This document shows positions 31,751-40,251 of a stretch of DNA of 64,000 nucleotides, piece by piece. Position 1 is the first letter of the stretch. The number at the start of each line of letters is the position of its first letter. This stretch comes from Candidatus Marinacidobacterales bacterium (GTDB lineage Bacteria > Acidobacteriota > Vicinamibacteria > Marinacidobacterales > DATDRI01): assembly GCA_965219415.1 (NCBI GenBank), contig CBDCNP010000002.1:5184001-5248000 (forward strand), read 5' to 3'. A program made the translations under genes and the position numbers. The notes beneath the pieces were generated by a model. The model was not told the origin of the DNA and searched no databases. It saw only the letters and a program-made list of their open reading frames with translations.

Positions 31751-32833
31751 ATGCTATTTGACTTGCCGAACGACGATTCGCTGTACAAGGCTCTGATCGC
31801 CCGCGATCCCTCTTTTGAGGGGCTTGCCTGGGTTGGCGTAAGCAGTACCGGCATTTTCTGCCGACTGACCTGCCCGGCAAGAAAACCCAAACGAGAAAAC
31901 AGCCGGTTCTTCGCAAGTGTTGCTGCGTGTTTGGATGCCGGATTTCGCCCCTGCCAGCGATGCCGTCCGCTGACCTCGGCCGGCGAAGCGGATCCCGTGG
32001 TTCGATCCTTGGTAGATGCGCTCGAGCATGACCCATCGAGGCGTTGGTGCGAAGAGGATGTCGTGGCGAGGGGGTTGGATCCGTCCACGGTGCGACGTGT
32101 TTTCAAGCGGCACTTCGGCATCACATTTCTGGAGATGGCGCGCCTTCGACGTGTCCGCAACGGTGCGTCGAAACTCTCTGAGGGCGCGCGTGTCCTGGAC
32201 GCGCAGTTTGACGCCGGGTTTGAATCCGGCAGTGGTTTTCGCGCCGCCTTTGCAAGAATTCTTGGTCGCGCACCTTCAGAACTCAAGAATGGGTCGGGCT
32301 TGAAGGCCGATTGGTTGGAAACTCCTTTGGGCGCGATGATCGCGGTGGCTGATGCGCATGCGCTAAACCTGTTGGAGTTTTTCGATCGCAAGGGGTTGCC
32401 CAGCGGGTTAAAGCGACTCCAAGCAAAACGAGGCGCAATCGGTATCGGTCGTTACCCCGCAACTCAGCAGATCGCATCTGAACTCGATGACTATTTCAGT
32501 GGCCGCTTCACTGGATTCGAGACACCCATTGCTCAGCTGGGCAGCGACTTTACACGCAGTGTCTGGAGCGCGCTGCGCGAGATTCCATGGGGCCAAACAC
32601 GAAGCTACGGCGATATCGCAAAGCTGGTTGGGAGACCAACCGCGAGTCGCGCCGTTGCACGCGCCAACGGTGCCAATCAAATTGCCATCGTGATTCCTTG
32701 CCACCGCGTTATCGGCGCCGACGGGTCACTTACTGGTTACGGCGGTGGGCGCTGGCGTAAGCAATGGTTGATCGATCACGAGCGCAAGCGCGCAAAACAA
32801 CAAATCACTGAGCGGAGTGAACGCTACAGATGA
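31751..32833 (+). CDS. ada: Ada: Zn domain, AraC HTH and O6-methylguanine methyltransferase
   Basis: TGIFCRLTCPARKP, GFRPCQRC, IPCHRV. Confidence 0.95.
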   Translation: MLFDLPNDDSLYKALIARDPSFEGLAWVGVSSTGIFCRLTCPARKPKRENSRFFASVAACLDAGFRPCQRCRPLTSAGEADPVVRSLVDALEHDPSRRWCEEDVVARGLDPSTVRRVFKRHFGITFLEMARLRRVRNGASKLSEGARVLDAQFDAGFESGSGFRAAFARILGRAPSELKNGSGLKADWLETPLGAMIAVADAHALNLLEFFDRKGLPSGLKRLQAKRGAIGIGRYPATQQIASELDDYFSGRFTGFETPIAQLGSDFTRSVWSALREIPWGQTRSYGDIAKLVGRPTASRAVARANGANQIAIVIPCHRVIGADGSLTGYGGGRWRKQWLIDHERKRAKQQITERSERYR

Positions 32834-32834
32834 A

Positions 32835-32996
32835 CGCCAAAACGTCCCGTTGCCACTATCCACCTAGCCAGGCGGTCCTCAGATCGTGGCGAGCGCCAAA
32901 ATGTGGCGTTGCTACGATGGAGTTAACCCGGCGCCCCTTAAATCCTGACGACCGCCAAAATATGCCGTTGCTACTATCCACTTGGCCAGACGGTGG
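32835..32996 (+). repeat. 59-bp tandem repeat, about 2.7 diverged units
   Basis: CGCCAAAA at 32835, 32894 and 32953; units align without gaps. Confidence 0.85.
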
Positions 32997-33038
32997 TTCG
33001 CAACCCCCGCATGTATGCTAAAGTTGGGGATTGGGAAA

Positions 33039-33851
33039 ATGAGTCTCGCCGAAGTAGAAAAAGTCGTTCGCAAAGGCTCCATCGAGGACGAGCTGCTCCA
33101 CCGGATCGATTTCGAGCGCCTACCCGCCCACGTTGCCATCATCATGGATGGCAACGGTCGCTGGGCGCAAGGACGCAGCCTTCCCCGCGTGGAAGGCCAC
33201 CGTGCGGGCATCGCGTCCGTGAGAGAAGCCGTGGAAACTTGCGCGCGGATGGATATTCAAGTCCTCACCCTCTACGCATTCTCCCAAGAGAATTGGAAAC
33301 GCCCCAAGAGAGAAGTCGATACGCTGATGAAGCTACTCAAGCGTTATCTGGGGCTCGAGCTTTCCGCCCTCGAGAAGAACAACATTCGCTTCCAAGTGAT
33401 CGGCCGGCTCAACGAGCTCCCAGACGACGTCGTATCGGCGCTCGAGACCGGAATGGAAAGAACACACGACAACACCGGCCTCGTGTTCAACATCGCTCTC
33501 AACTACGGAGGGCGAGCGGAGATCGTGGACGCCTGTCGCTCGCTGATCCGCGAAGCGTTGGAGCAAAACTCACGTTCCGGCACACCGCTCAACATCGACG
33601 AGCAGATGCTCTCGGAGCACATGTACACCGCCGGCATGCCAGATCCAGATCTATTGATCCGAACGAGTGGTGAGCTGCGGGTTTCCAACTTTCTACTCTG
33701 GCAGATTGCCTACGCCGAAATCTGGGTCACCGATACCTTGTGGCCCGACTTCCGGAAGAGGGACCTCTTCGAAGCCATCTTCGAATTCCAGAAACGCGAT
33801 CGTCGCTATGGCGGCATCCACGTCCTGTCTCCCAAACGAAGCTACGCCTGA
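33039..33851 (+). CDS. uppS: undecaprenyl diphosphate synthase
   Basis: HVAIIMDGNGRWA, FSQENW, IRTSGELRVSNFLLWQ. Confidence 0.97.
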   Translation: MSLAEVEKVVRKGSIEDELLHRIDFERLPAHVAIIMDGNGRWAQGRSLPRVEGHRAGIASVREAVETCARMDIQVLTLYAFSQENWKRPKREVDTLMKLLKRYLGLELSALEKNNIRFQVIGRLNELPDDVVSALETGMERTHDNTGLVFNIALNYGGRAEIVDACRSLIREALEQNSRSGTPLNIDEQMLSEHMYTAGMPDPDLLIRTSGELRVSNFLLWQIAYAEIWVTDTLWPDFRKRDLFEAIFEFQKRDRRYGGIHVLSPKRSYA

Positions 33852-33854
33852 CGA

Positions 33855-34667
33855 ATGAGCCGGGTTGTCACCGCGCTCGTTCTCATACCTCCTCTTCTCG
33901 CCATAATTCTCTTTACGCCTGCCTGGGGACTTCTCTTGCTCGCCGAGCTTGTCGGTTTGCTCGGCGTGCGCGAGCTCTTCGTGATGGCGGGCAAAAGCGG
34001 TTACCGGGTGTTTCGTGCCCCGGCATACCTGGCGACCGTTTTGCTCGTGGCGGCTTTCTATCCACAATCGCCCGGCCCGATTTGGGTCGTCATGGCGCTT
34101 ACGATGACAGTCGGGCTGGCCGCAATGTGGCGCGGCGCTCCTAAACGGGAAACGACCGCGGAGGTGGCGATCACCATCCTCGGGCCGTTGTACGCCGGGC
34201 TCATGCTGGGTACCGTCGTCGGCTTGAGGCTGACACCACCAGAAGTCGTGGGTCGGAACTGGGTACTGTTTCTTCTCATCGTCACCATGTTGGGGGATAC
34301 CGGCGCTTATTACGTTGGACGGTCGCTGGGGAAGAGGCGGCTCGTACCGGCGCTCAGCCCAAAAAAGACCGCCGAAGGTCTAGTTGGCGGGGTGATGGTC
34401 TCGGTCGCTGCGGCGATCGTCGCCGCCCACGTGCTGCTTCCCCATGTCGGGCTTCTGCACGCGGCACTACTGGGAGTTGTGCTGGCGCTGCTGGGAGTGG
34501 CGGGGGATCTGTTTCAGTCGCTCTTGAAGCGTGGCGCGGGGGTCAAGGACTCGGGAACCCTGATGCCTGGCCATGGAGGGATCCTAGACCGGCTGGACAG
34601 CCTCTATTTCAGCGCCCCTGCCCTTCTGGCCTACATCCGCCTGACAACCACAACGAGTTTGGGGTAA
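33855..34667 (+). CDS. cdsA: phosphatidate cytidylyltransferase
   Basis: DTGAY, SPKKT.EG, KDSG.LMPGHGGILDRLD. Confidence 0.96.
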   Translation: MSRVVTALVLIPPLLAIILFTPAWGLLLLAELVGLLGVRELFVMAGKSGYRVFRAPAYLATVLLVAAFYPQSPGPIWVVMALTMTVGLAAMWRGAPKRETTAEVAITILGPLYAGLMLGTVVGLRLTPPEVVGRNWVLFLLIVTMLGDTGAYYVGRSLGKRRLVPALSPKKTAEGLVGGVMVSVAAAIVAAHVLLPHVGLLHAALLGVVLALLGVAGDLFQSLLKRGAGVKDSGTLMPGHGGILDRLDSLYFSAPALLAYIRLTTTTSLG

Positions 34668-34764
34668 GCGCCCCTGTCCGCTAGAATATTGTTTGAGAGG
34701 TTTTCCTGGCCGGATGGCGCGATCCACCGCGGCTCAGCGACAATAATGTAGGAGACGCTTTCCT

Positions 34765-35919
34765 TTGAAGGGCATCGCTATTCTCGGCTCCACCGGTTCC
34801 ATCGGGATCAACACCCTGCGGGTCGTCGAGCGACTCGCCGATCGGTTCTCGGTGGTGGGACTGTCCGCCGGGACTCGGGTCGAGGAGCTGTCGGAGCAGG
34901 TTACACGCTTCCGGCCGAAAGTCGTCTCGATCCGAGACGAGCACGATGCGGCTGGGTTGAGAACGCGTTTCGGAGACGTCGCGGTTGGCAGCGGGATTCA
35001 AGGGATGGTAGATGTCGCCACGCATCCGGAAGTGGATCTCGTCGTTTCCGCGACGGTGGGTGCGATTGGTCTAGTGCCCACGCTGCGCGCTCTCGAGGCC
35101 GGCAAAACCGTCGCCCTGGCGAACAAAGAAACGTTAGTCGTTGCCGGGGAGATCATGACGAGAGCGCTTGCTAACTCTGGTGCCGTGCTTCTCCCGGTAG
35201 ATAGCGAGCACAACGCGATCCATCAATGCTTGGCCGGGCGCGAAGACACCGTGCACCGCATCTGGCTTACCGCTTCCGGTGGCCCTTTCCGGCGCGCGAG
35301 TCTCGAAGAGATGCGGCGAGCCGGTCCCGTGGATGCACTCAAACATCCGACGTGGGAAATGGGGCCCAAGATCAGTATCGACTCTGCAACGATGATGAAC
35401 AAGGGATTCGAGGTCATCGAAGCCCGTTGGCTCTTCGGTTTGGCGCCGTCGCAAGTCCGCATCGTTGTACATCCGCAATCAACGATCCACTCGATGGTCG
35501 AGTTCGAAGACGGATCATTGCTCGCGCAGCTCGGGGTGACCGACATGAGGCTACCGATCCAATACGCGCTGACATACCCGGAGCGTTTAACCAGCGACCT
35601 CCCGCCGCTCGATCTGGATCAACCGATGTCGCTGGAGTTCCATCCTCCGGACCTGGAGCGTTTTCCTTGCGTGCGGTTGGCCTACCAGGCCATCGAGACC
35701 GGTGGCACCGCGCCGGCGGTTCTCAATGCCGCCAACGAAATAGCGGTGGCCGCCTACCTCGAAGAGCGCATCGGTTTTCTTCAGATACCCGAGATACTGG
35801 GCGAGACTCTGAGCCGCCACCACCGTGAGGACGCCAGCGATTTGGACACCGTATTGGATGCCGACGAGTGGGCAAGGGAAGAAGCGCGACGGCTCGTCGC
35901 TGCGCCAGCGTTGAGCTAG
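34765..35919 (+). CDS. dxr: 1-deoxy-D-xylulose 5-phosphate reductoisomerase
   Basis: LGSTGSIG, LANKE, PVDSEH, TASGGPF, KISIDSATMMNKG. Confidence 0.97.
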   Translation: MKGIAILGSTGSIGINTLRVVERLADRFSVVGLSAGTRVEELSEQVTRFRPKVVSIRDEHDAAGLRTRFGDVAVGSGIQGMVDVATHPEVDLVVSATVGAIGLVPTLRALEAGKTVALANKETLVVAGEIMTRALANSGAVLLPVDSEHNAIHQCLAGREDTVHRIWLTASGGPFRRASLEEMRRAGPVDALKHPTWEMGPKISIDSATMMNKGFEVIEARWLFGLAPSQVRIVVHPQSTIHSMVEFEDGSLLAQLGVTDMRLPIQYALTYPERLTSDLPPLDLDQPMSLEFHPPDLERFPCVRLAYQAIETGGTAPAVLNAANEIAVAAYLEERIGFLQIPEILGETLSRHHREDASDLDTVLDADEWAREEARRLVAAPALS

Positions 35920-36115
35920 CAGGGAAACCGACCCGTTAGGGTCGGTCGGCCGGGAGGAATTGAGTAAGTGAGCAAAAGTGCTCAAGGGAACCTGGCCGTG
36001 GTTTTAGGCGCGAGCGAAGAGCGAGCCGACGCGAGTCGCGTGTTGGCCGCCAAATTGCGTGGTTGCTTTGACCGGAGCTAGCCAGGCGGCGGTGGGGCCC
36101 CGCGCGCACTAAGGA
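35917..36115 (+). repeat. modular repeat copy between dxr and rseP
   Basis: CTAGCAGGG start, CCGACCC/GGGTCGG hairpin, CGCCAAA..GTTGC..CTAGCCAGGCGGCGGTGGGGCCCC. Confidence 0.75.
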
Positions 36116-36129
36116 ATGGAGCCAGCATC

Positions 36130-37443
36130 TTGTTCTTAAGCGTAATAGCGTTCATCTTCGTTCTCGGGGTCATGATCTTCATTCATGAGCTCGGCCATTT
36201 CCTCACCGCCAAGTGGATCGGAGTCAAGGTCCATGTCTTCTCGCTCGGTTTTCCACCCAAGCTGATTGGTAGGAAGTGGGGCGACACCGAGTACCGAATC
36301 GGCATGCTCCCCTTGGGGGGCTATGTGAAGATGGCCGGGGAAAACCCTAACGAGGTCTCCGGCAATGAGGATGAGTTCTACTCGAGGACGAAGCTAGAGA
36401 GAATCGCCATCCTGACGATGGGACCGGCGATGAACATCGTCCTGACCATCTTTCTTTTCACTGTCCTCTTCATGGTTGGGATCGATCGACCGGTAGGCCT
36501 CGAGGATCCACCGGTAGTCCGCTTCGTCTCAGGAGACTCCCCGGCGGTCGCCACGGGCGTCGAGCCCGGCGACCGGATCGTCGCTATCGACGGCCAACAG
36601 GTCGATAGCTGGATGAAGGCCTTAGACACCTTCCACATCAGCCCCAACCAAACCGTGGCCCTGACCCTAGAGCGTGCCGGCCAGACCGTCGAAACCGAGC
36701 TGGCCATCGAGGCCCGCGGAGAAGAAGGGATCGGCTACACCGGCCTTTTTCCCGCGGTTCAGCCGCGCGTCGAAGGGTTGAGTGAAGGCTTCCCGGCGGA
36801 GCAGGCCGGTCTCCTCGAAGGCGACCTGATCGTCAAAGTCGACGACAAAGCCATCTTCAGCAACCAAGAGCTCATCGAGGCCATCGGAGGAAAAGAGGGA
36901 GCGCCTGTCACACTCGCGATCCTGCGGAATGGAAGCCCGCTAGAGATAACCGTCACCCCCAAGAAAGAGGGGGAGCGGTTCCTCATCGGGATCGAGCTTC
37001 CCTCCCCGTTGGCGATGCAGCAGATCAGCAATCCGGTCAAGGCTTTCGGTGCCGCGGTGACCGAATCCGCTCGCATTACCCAGCTCACCTTCGTCGTCTT
37101 GGGTCGTTTGATTCAGAGAAAGCTCTCGATGCGGCAGATGATGGGCCCCATCGGGATCGCGAGAGCCTCGGGACAGGCTGCAAGAAGCGGGGCACGCAAC
37201 CTCTTCACCCTCATGGCCGTGATCAGCCTTCAGCTCGGGATCTTCAACCTGCTACCGATTCCGGTGTTGGACGGCGGCCATATCGCGATCATCCTCTTGG
37301 AGGGCCTGGCCCGTCGCGATTTCAGTCTGCAGCTGAAGGAACGCGTCCTGCAAGTGGGCTTCGTGCTCTTGTTGCTTCTGATGGTCACGGTCATTTATGT
37401 CGACCTCAGCAAGATCGAGTCCGTGGGCCGTTTCCTCCCTTAG
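36130..37443 (+). CDS. rseP: RIP metalloprotease RseP
   Basis: HELGH, two PDZ domains, NLLPIPVLDGG. Confidence 0.96.
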   Translation: MFLSVIAFIFVLGVMIFIHELGHFLTAKWIGVKVHVFSLGFPPKLIGRKWGDTEYRIGMLPLGGYVKMAGENPNEVSGNEDEFYSRTKLERIAILTMGPAMNIVLTIFLFTVLFMVGIDRPVGLEDPPVVRFVSGDSPAVATGVEPGDRIVAIDGQQVDSWMKALDTFHISPNQTVALTLERAGQTVETELAIEARGEEGIGYTGLFPAVQPRVEGLSEGFPAEQAGLLEGDLIVKVDDKAIFSNQELIEAIGGKEGAPVTLAILRNGSPLEITVTPKKEGERFLIGIELPSPLAMQQISNPVKAFGAAVTESARITQLTFVVLGRLIQRKLSMRQMMGPIGIARASGQAARSGARNLFTLMAVISLQLGIFNLLPIPVLDGGHIAIILLEGLARRDFSLQLKERVLQVGFVLLLLLMVTVIYVDLSKIESVGRFLP

Positions 37444-37502
37444 TGAGACTGATAGCTGACCGACTACTGATTATTTCCCGTCCACTCGATAAGGAAGGTT
37501 GT

Positions 37503-38615
37503 GTGAACGTAGAAACGATTGAGATCCAAGAACTGAAGCTGGATCTACTCTTCCCCTTCGAGACCAGCTTCGCCCGCGTCGACTACCAGCACTTCTTGGT
37601 CCTGAAAGTCAGGGTGGACGGAGTCGTCGGCTGGAGCGAATGCGTGGCCGACGATGCGCCGAGCTATTCTTCCGAGACCATTCGCACTGCCTGGCACGTC
37701 ATCGAGGATTTCATCGCTCCGGCGGTCTTCCAACGAGAATTCGCGCACCCTCAGGAGATCGTCCCCTCCCTAGATTTGGTTCGGGGACACAACATGGCGA
37801 AGGCCGCGGTGGAGATGGCGTGTTGGGACGCCTACTCGCGCCAGCGGGGGGAGCCGCTTTCCAAAGCGCTCGGAGGTACGAGAGCCGAGATCGAGTCGGG
37901 AGTGTCAATCGGAATCCAGAAAAGTGTGGGTCAATTGCTGGAGAAGATAGAGACCGAATTGGCCTGCGGCTATCGACGGATCAAGGTCAAGGTCAAGCCG
38001 GGCTGGGATCGTGATGTCGTAGCCGCCATCCGGGAAAGATTTCCCGACACTCCCCTCATGATCGATGCGAATTCCGCGTACACGCTCGAAGACATTCCTC
38101 TCTTCAAAGATCTCGATCAATTCGATCTCATGATGATCGAGCAGCCTTTGGCGTACGACGATATGTGGGACCACGCGAAGCTCCAACGAGAGATACGCAC
38201 TCCTATTTGTCTCGACGAATCGATCCATTCTCCGGAAGATGCCCGGAAGGCGTTCGAAATGGGCGCCTGCCGCATCATTAACATCAAGGCCGGGCGGGTC
38301 GGGGGCCTGGCCCGAGCCAAGGCAATTCACGACATTGCGGCGTCTCAAGGGGCCGCGGTCTGGTGCGGGGGGATGCTGGAAAGTGGAATCGGGCGGGCAC
38401 ACAACGTCCACCTTTCCACCCTCGAGAACTTCGCTCTGCCTGGCGACGTGTCCGACAGCAAGCGCTATTTCAAAGAGGAAGTCATCGAGCCGCGAGTGGA
38501 AGTTAGATCCGACGGCACGATCGCCGTCCCCACCGAGGCCGGCATCGGCTACCGGGTGTTGGAGGATCGCATCCAACGACACTCTTTGAATTCTGCCGTG
38601 CTGAAACGAGCCTAG
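37503..38615 (+). CDS. menC: o-succinylbenzoate synthase / N-succinylamino acid racemase (enolase superfamily)
   Basis: FETSF, RIKVK.KPG, DANSAY, IEQP, LDESI, WCGGMLE. Confidence 0.88.
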   Translation: MNVETIEIQELKLDLLFPFETSFARVDYQHFLVLKVRVDGVVGWSECVADDAPSYSSETIRTAWHVIEDFIAPAVFQREFAHPQEIVPSLDLVRGHNMAKAAVEMACWDAYSRQRGEPLSKALGGTRAEIESGVSIGIQKSVGQLLEKIETELACGYRRIKVKVKPGWDRDVVAAIRERFPDTPLMIDANSAYTLEDIPLFKDLDQFDLMMIEQPLAYDDMWDHAKLQREIRTPICLDESIHSPEDARKAFEMGACRIINIKAGRVGGLARAKAIHDIAASQGAAVWCGGMLESGIGRAHNVHLSTLENFALPGDVSDSKRYFKEEVIEPRVEVRSDGTIAVPTEAGIGYRVLEDRIQRHSLNSAVLKRA

Positions 38616-38867
38616 CAGGGTGCTAAAAGTTCGATGGCGGGAAGCCGAGCAAGAGCCGTCAGCTGTCCCGCAGCCGCCGCGGGCCGCAGCGCGAGCCTGT
38701 CGACCGGAGCGAGCCAGGCGGCGGTGGGGCCCCGCAGCACTGATGGAGGAGCGAGGCGCCGAGCGCGCGGACGTAGCCATGAGCTCATGCGCAGTCGACG
38801 AAGCATGAGGCGTGGGCGTGGGGCCGCGCGCCATTCATCGATGACTGAGCGCGCATCGAGGCACTAG
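38612..38867 (+). repeat. composite modular repeat (MITE-like)
   Basis: Same termini as 18650-18984 with a different set of internal modules. Confidence 0.85.
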
Positions 38868-38869
38868 AA

Positions 38870-39961
38870 ATGCCTAGCTGTCACGCCGCGGTCATACCCG
38901 CTCCCGGTGTCCCGCCGGAGACGACAGAAATCACCATCCCCGATCTGGTACCAGGAGCGATTCTCCTACGAACGATCGCCAGTGAGGTCTGCGGCACCGA
39001 CGTCCACCTGTATCACGGCCGCCTGGACGGTGTTCCCTATCCCCTAATCCCCGGCCATATCTCGATCGGGCGCGTCGAGGAGACGATCTCTGAAGTGCAA
39101 GACGCCGAGGGCACCCCTGTCCGCCCCGGGGACACCGTCGTGTTCTATGACGTCATCGGCGCTTGTGGGGCCTGCTACGCCTGCACGGTCGCCGCGGCAC
39201 CGACGCGCTGTCCACACCGACGGGTGTACGGCATCACATTGCCCGGTGACAAGCCGTCGGGTGGTTGGTCGACCCACATCTACCTGGAGCCGGGAACCAA
39301 AATCCTCAAGCTGACCGCGGGGCTATCGGTCGAAGACTACATGGGCGGGGGATGCGGTCTCCACACCGGCTACCGAGCCGTCGACCGGGCGGACATCGAA
39401 ATCGGGTCTTCGGTCTTGGTCATGGGCGCGGGACCGGTGGGACTCTCCGCCGCCGCGTTCGCACGTTTGGCGGGTGCGGGACGGGTTCTGGTCACCGGAG
39501 CCCCGGAAGCTCGACTCGAAGCAGCCCGTCAGATGGAGGCGGACGCCACGATGGATATCACTGGCTCCGAAAAACGGGACCGGGTCGCATGGTCGCGCGA
39601 TCAAACGGAAGGCCGGGGTCCAGACGTCGTGATCGAAGCGGCGGGCCGACCGGAGGCGGTCGTCGAGGCGTTCGAGATCGTGCGGGAGGCCGGTACCGTC
39701 GTCGTCGCAGGACAGTACACGGACGCGGGGGATGCGGTCTTCAATCCTCACCATCACCTGAACCGCAAACAGCTCGACGTTCGGGGTTGCTTCGGGTTCG
39801 AGTTCCGGCATTTTTACCGGGCCACCCGCTCGCTCACGTCGGTCGCCAAGCGCTTCCCGTGGAGAGATCTCATCACCCGGGAGTACTCACTCTCAGAAGC
39901 GGCTCAGGCTTTGGAAGACGTGGCTTCACTCAAGGTGGTCAAGGCATTGATACGTCCCTGA
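38870..39961 (+). CDS. zinc-binding alcohol dehydrogenase (MDR family)
   Basis: CGTDVH, PGH, C..C..C...C, GAGPVG. Confidence 0.9.
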   Translation: MPSCHAAVIPAPGVPPETTEITIPDLVPGAILLRTIASEVCGTDVHLYHGRLDGVPYPLIPGHISIGRVEETISEVQDAEGTPVRPGDTVVFYDVIGACGACYACTVAAAPTRCPHRRVYGITLPGDKPSGGWSTHIYLEPGTKILKLTAGLSVEDYMGGGCGLHTGYRAVDRADIEIGSSVLVMGAGPVGLSAAAFARLAGAGRVLVTGAPEARLEAARQMEADATMDITGSEKRDRVAWSRDQTEGRGPDVVIEAAGRPEAVVEAFEIVREAGTVVVAGQYTDAGDAVFNPHHHLNRKQLDVRGCFGFEFRHFYRATRSLTSVAKRFPWRDLITREYSLSEAAQALEDVASLKVVKALIRP

Positions 39962-40251
39962 AGGACATGCCCATGCCACGCCCTACGACCGGATGACCGC
40001 CCCGCTCGCTGGGCGCGACCAACACCCGACTCGAATCCCTGCTGCGCACTTTGCAGGAGATTCGGCAACAAACAGGCTTCCCGCTGACGTCGCCCAAGGC
40101 TCTCGAAACGCTTCCGCCGCCGAGCCTGGAAGAACTCGAGGCTCGCTACCGGTGGACCCGGCGGGCAAGAGGCAAGTCTTCCTCAAGAACAACGAAGAAT
40201 AACCGCCCTCGGAGACGCTCCCGCACTTCGGGATATAATCCCCCACTACGA

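Noticed and set aside
32835-32996. CRISPR array or integron attC (59-base element)
   Set aside because: Units are similar along their whole length, so there are no unique spacers; they lack the RYYYAAC..GTTRRRY palindrome; no cas or integrase gene is in the window
40051-40251. N-terminal extension of the HEAT-PPIase
   Set aside because: A signal peptide with lipobox and a -10 element point to the start at 40252
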